NCBI RefSeq assembly: GCF_000143415.4
Contig: NW_003314347.1
Span: 519,438 to 583,437 of the forward strand
Direction: 5' to 3'
Length of the DNA stretch: 64,000 bases
From: Selaginella moellendorffii
Taxonomy: Eukaryota; Plantae; Lycopodiophyta
How positions within the stretch are numbered: the stretch's first letter is position 1; each line of letters starts with the position of its first letter. The notes below the pieces were generated by a model. The model ran no database searches. It saw only the letters and a program-made list of their open reading frames with translations, and had not been told where the DNA came from. The translations under genes were made by a program, and so were the position numbers. Positions 61,155 to 64,000 of the stretch are shown here, piece after piece.

Positions 61155-63950
61155 CTACAGGGCGCTCGAGAGCTTGAGAGTGGAGGAGGATGGGGCGAAA
61201 ATGTTTTGCCCCGGGGCGAGGATTGCTTTTGGGTCGTAGGCCAATTTCCTCCGCAAGAACAAGCTCCAGGAGCTGCCGTAGTGCTCTCGCCACTCCTCCT
61301 CGCTCGAAAGCTGGGGAATGTACTGCTTGAGGTGGATCCCGGCGCTCTTGCACACCCGGAGAATCTCCTTGTTTTGATCCACGAGAGAGTTGACGGATGG
61401 AACTCCCGAGGGCGTGGCGTAGCGCAGCATCCCAACCAGGTAGAAGATGTTCTCGTCGGGCATCACGACCGAGGTCCTGGAATCCCACCTACACAACCGG
61501 AAAGAGTCGAATATTTTAGTGCCAGATCAAGTCAAAAGCTCTTGCTCTCTCGCACTTACTTCATCTTGTCTAGAGGGTACACGAGGAGTGGCCCATTGAT
61601 GCCTTTGCGGAGAATCTCTCTGAAAACCAACGCATCAAACTCCTCGATCTTGCTCTTTGGAACCAAGAGATTCATCCACGGGTGCGGGACATCCCACAGC
61701 CCCTTTTTGCGCAGCCGGATCTCACCATCGTGCACGCGGTTTAGGAACTCAAAGTACGACGCATCTTTGCTGAAGACGAGCGAGGGAACATGCCCCAGCG
61801 GCGCCAGGAGCGACGAGACCGTCTAACCAAAGAGGAAAAGAGTCGTCAGTTTAGCAGATCTTAAGCATGGTTAGTCGGCATGCATGCACGAACCTCGTCA
61901 ATGGTGGCGGACTCGTCCTCGTCGTAGTTCTTGGTGAGTTCTAAGCAGTAGAGAACGGGGCCGGCGGAAGGAGGTATGAGGCTCGCGTTGAGGGTTTGTC
62001 CGTGGAATGGAATGGGCTTGTATTCGTTGCTGGGGTGATTGTTGTTTACGATCACGGAGCCCTCGACGTAATCGAAGGAGTTGGGGCTGTCTTTTGGGCG
62101 AGCGATTAGCAGCTCCTGATCTCGAGTGAAAGCCTTGAAATCCGAGTAGAGTGCTCTGATCCATTTTACCTGGAAACAAACACAATTAAGAGTGTCAGTT
62201 TCTCTCCTCTTTTTTTTTTCTCAAATTATCCAGATTTTGGGTGATTGGAGAGATTCATGGGGTCAGTTCAGTCAGTCAGTGTTTTATGGAAAGAGAAAAA
62301 CTAAAAATTGGTGATCAATGAAGAGAAATCATTCGAAGAACGGCAGCACAGAGCACAACAAGACAAATGGTGGCGAGAGATAGAGCGAGAAAAAACTATA
62401 TATCAAAAACACTGTACACACTCTCAATCATTTGGACAAGCAAAAAATTATCACGCGTGGCCGACACGACGAGACGAATTTCCATCCAACAAAACACAAA
62501 AAAATGAGCAACAGAGGAGAAAAAAGGGGCTCGCGACTCCAAGCTCGTAAGGTGTAAGACGCTGAGAGAGAAGAAGGAACAAAAGCTAAAGCGTGAACAT
62601 CGTGGCAATGGAGGGAGGAGTTATCTTGCTTCTCCTTTTTTCCCTTTTTCGCGTGCTCACCTTTTGAGGAGCTCGCTCGAGATTGATCTTGGCTTTGGTG
62701 ATGATCCCAAATTGGCCGAGGCCCCCCAGAACCGCGAAGAAGAGGTCCGCGTGATCCACGGGCGAGCAGCGCACGATTTCACCATTCCCTGGAACGCGCA
62801 AAACCGTTAAGAGATTTCTGGGGATAGATTAGAACACACCACCTAACAGACAGAATCAAAGTGATCCACTCCACTCCATTCAAACAAGCGAACAGGAAGC
62901 TTCGCAAGAAGCGATTAAACAAAGGAAGGAAAGAAACAATCAAACGATATGTGATGCAAGTGCTCTGTTTTGCTTGGCACGAAACAGGGGATTCAAATCA
63001 AGAGGGATGAATCAAATGATTGGAATTTGCAAGAGAGAGAGACAGAGAGCAAGCAAGCAAGCCAAGCATCGACAATCCAGTGGGGAGAGGAGAGAGAAGA
63101 GAGAGAGAGAGAGAGAGGAAAAAAGAGAAAAGGATCTCCTCACTTCTTGGCAATCAAATCAATCAATCAATCATTGCTATACTTCTGGCCTAGATTCGCA
63201 GAGAGAATCCGCGAATCCATGGCAAAATTGACATCGACCCACGTCCAGGAATCGCGAAATTGAGCTCAAGAAACCGATTATCCAAACAGAGGAGCGATGG
63301 AGGGAGAGAAAAGTTTGCAAAATGCGAGTACCTGTCACTACTTCCAATTCCAGGACATTGCTGATCTGGGGGCCGTATCGAAAGGCCTGGCCGCTCACAC
63401 CCGCGTTGGAGAGCGTCCCCCCAACGCTGAGGAAGAGATAGTCCGTGAGCGATCGCGGCGCCAATCCATACTTCAAGCTCTCCCTCACAACGTCGATCCA
63501 GAGCTCTCCTCCCATGGCCTCCACATACGGCTGCTCCCCGGGCTTTCCTTCCGACACCTTGATCCCGCGCAAGCTCCCCATCTCGATCACGACGCCATCG
63601 CCGGCCTGGGCCTGTCCAGCCACGGAGTGCCCGGCTCCTCTGGCCGCGATGCGCAGAGGCGAGCTCGTGTCGTGGACAGCACGGACAAGCGATGCGATGT
63701 CGCGGACGGAGGAGGGGTAGAGGATGGAGCGGGGGAGGCGGCGATGGATGCGCCCAAAGTCGGAGGAGGAGGCGGGCGAGGTGGCGGTGGCGAAGGTGAT
63801 GTGGCCGTGGAGCGAGAGCGAGGAGAGGGCGGCACAGTCCTGGGCGGAGAGCGGCGATCCAGAGCAGCTGGAATTGGCGAGGCCGACGATGGCCGTGCGC
63901 ACAAAGAGGAGGAGGAGCGCGAGGATTTGTCCCCACGAGAGGATCAACAT
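61155..63950 (-). CDS. CKX: Cytokinin oxidase/dehydrogenase, signal-peptide type, multi-exon
   Basis: FAD-binding ARGAGHS, then [52 protein letters not shown] and the C-terminal [14 protein letters not shown]. Confidence 0.93.
63085..63130. repeat. (GA)n microsatellite in CKX intron 1
   Basis: gagagagagagagaga tract. Confidence 0.8.
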
Positions 63951-64000
63951 TGCCTCGCTCCTGGGTCTCCTCGTGGTCGGCCATGGTTCGTGATCCTTTG

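Overview
Eukaryotic, land-plant nuclear DNA with very short introns (about 50-70 bp) and tight gene spacing. This is most consistent with a compact lycophyte genome such as Selaginella, which is an inference from sequence style and not a database match. 1-34.3 kb is a four-unit tandem array arranged as a 2x2 higher-order repeat with a period of about 17.2 kb. Each unit holds a decayed hAT transposon, a ureidoglycolate-hydrolase-like gene (all four copies broken) and a transmembrane ARM-repeat gene (two intact, two broken); an R2R3-MYB exon-1 remnant survives only at the start of the last unit. 34.3-49 kb holds a secreted B-lectin fusion protein, a complete-looking four-domain voltage-gated-type cation channel with an E-E-D-D pore, a collapsed head-to-head relic of a second channel paralog, and a DExH RNA helicase. 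49-58.4 kb is an AT-rich nest of transposon relics, including an old LTR element, a compound minisatellite and an intact Cassandra-type TRIM with 5S rRNA promoter boxes in its LTRs. 58.5-64 kb holds uroporphyrinogen decarboxylase, a SWIM-domain SWS1/SSN2 homolog and a cytokinin oxidase. The strongest leads are the EEDD channel with its relic, and the fast-diverging TM-ARM array. Exon boundaries were read by eye.
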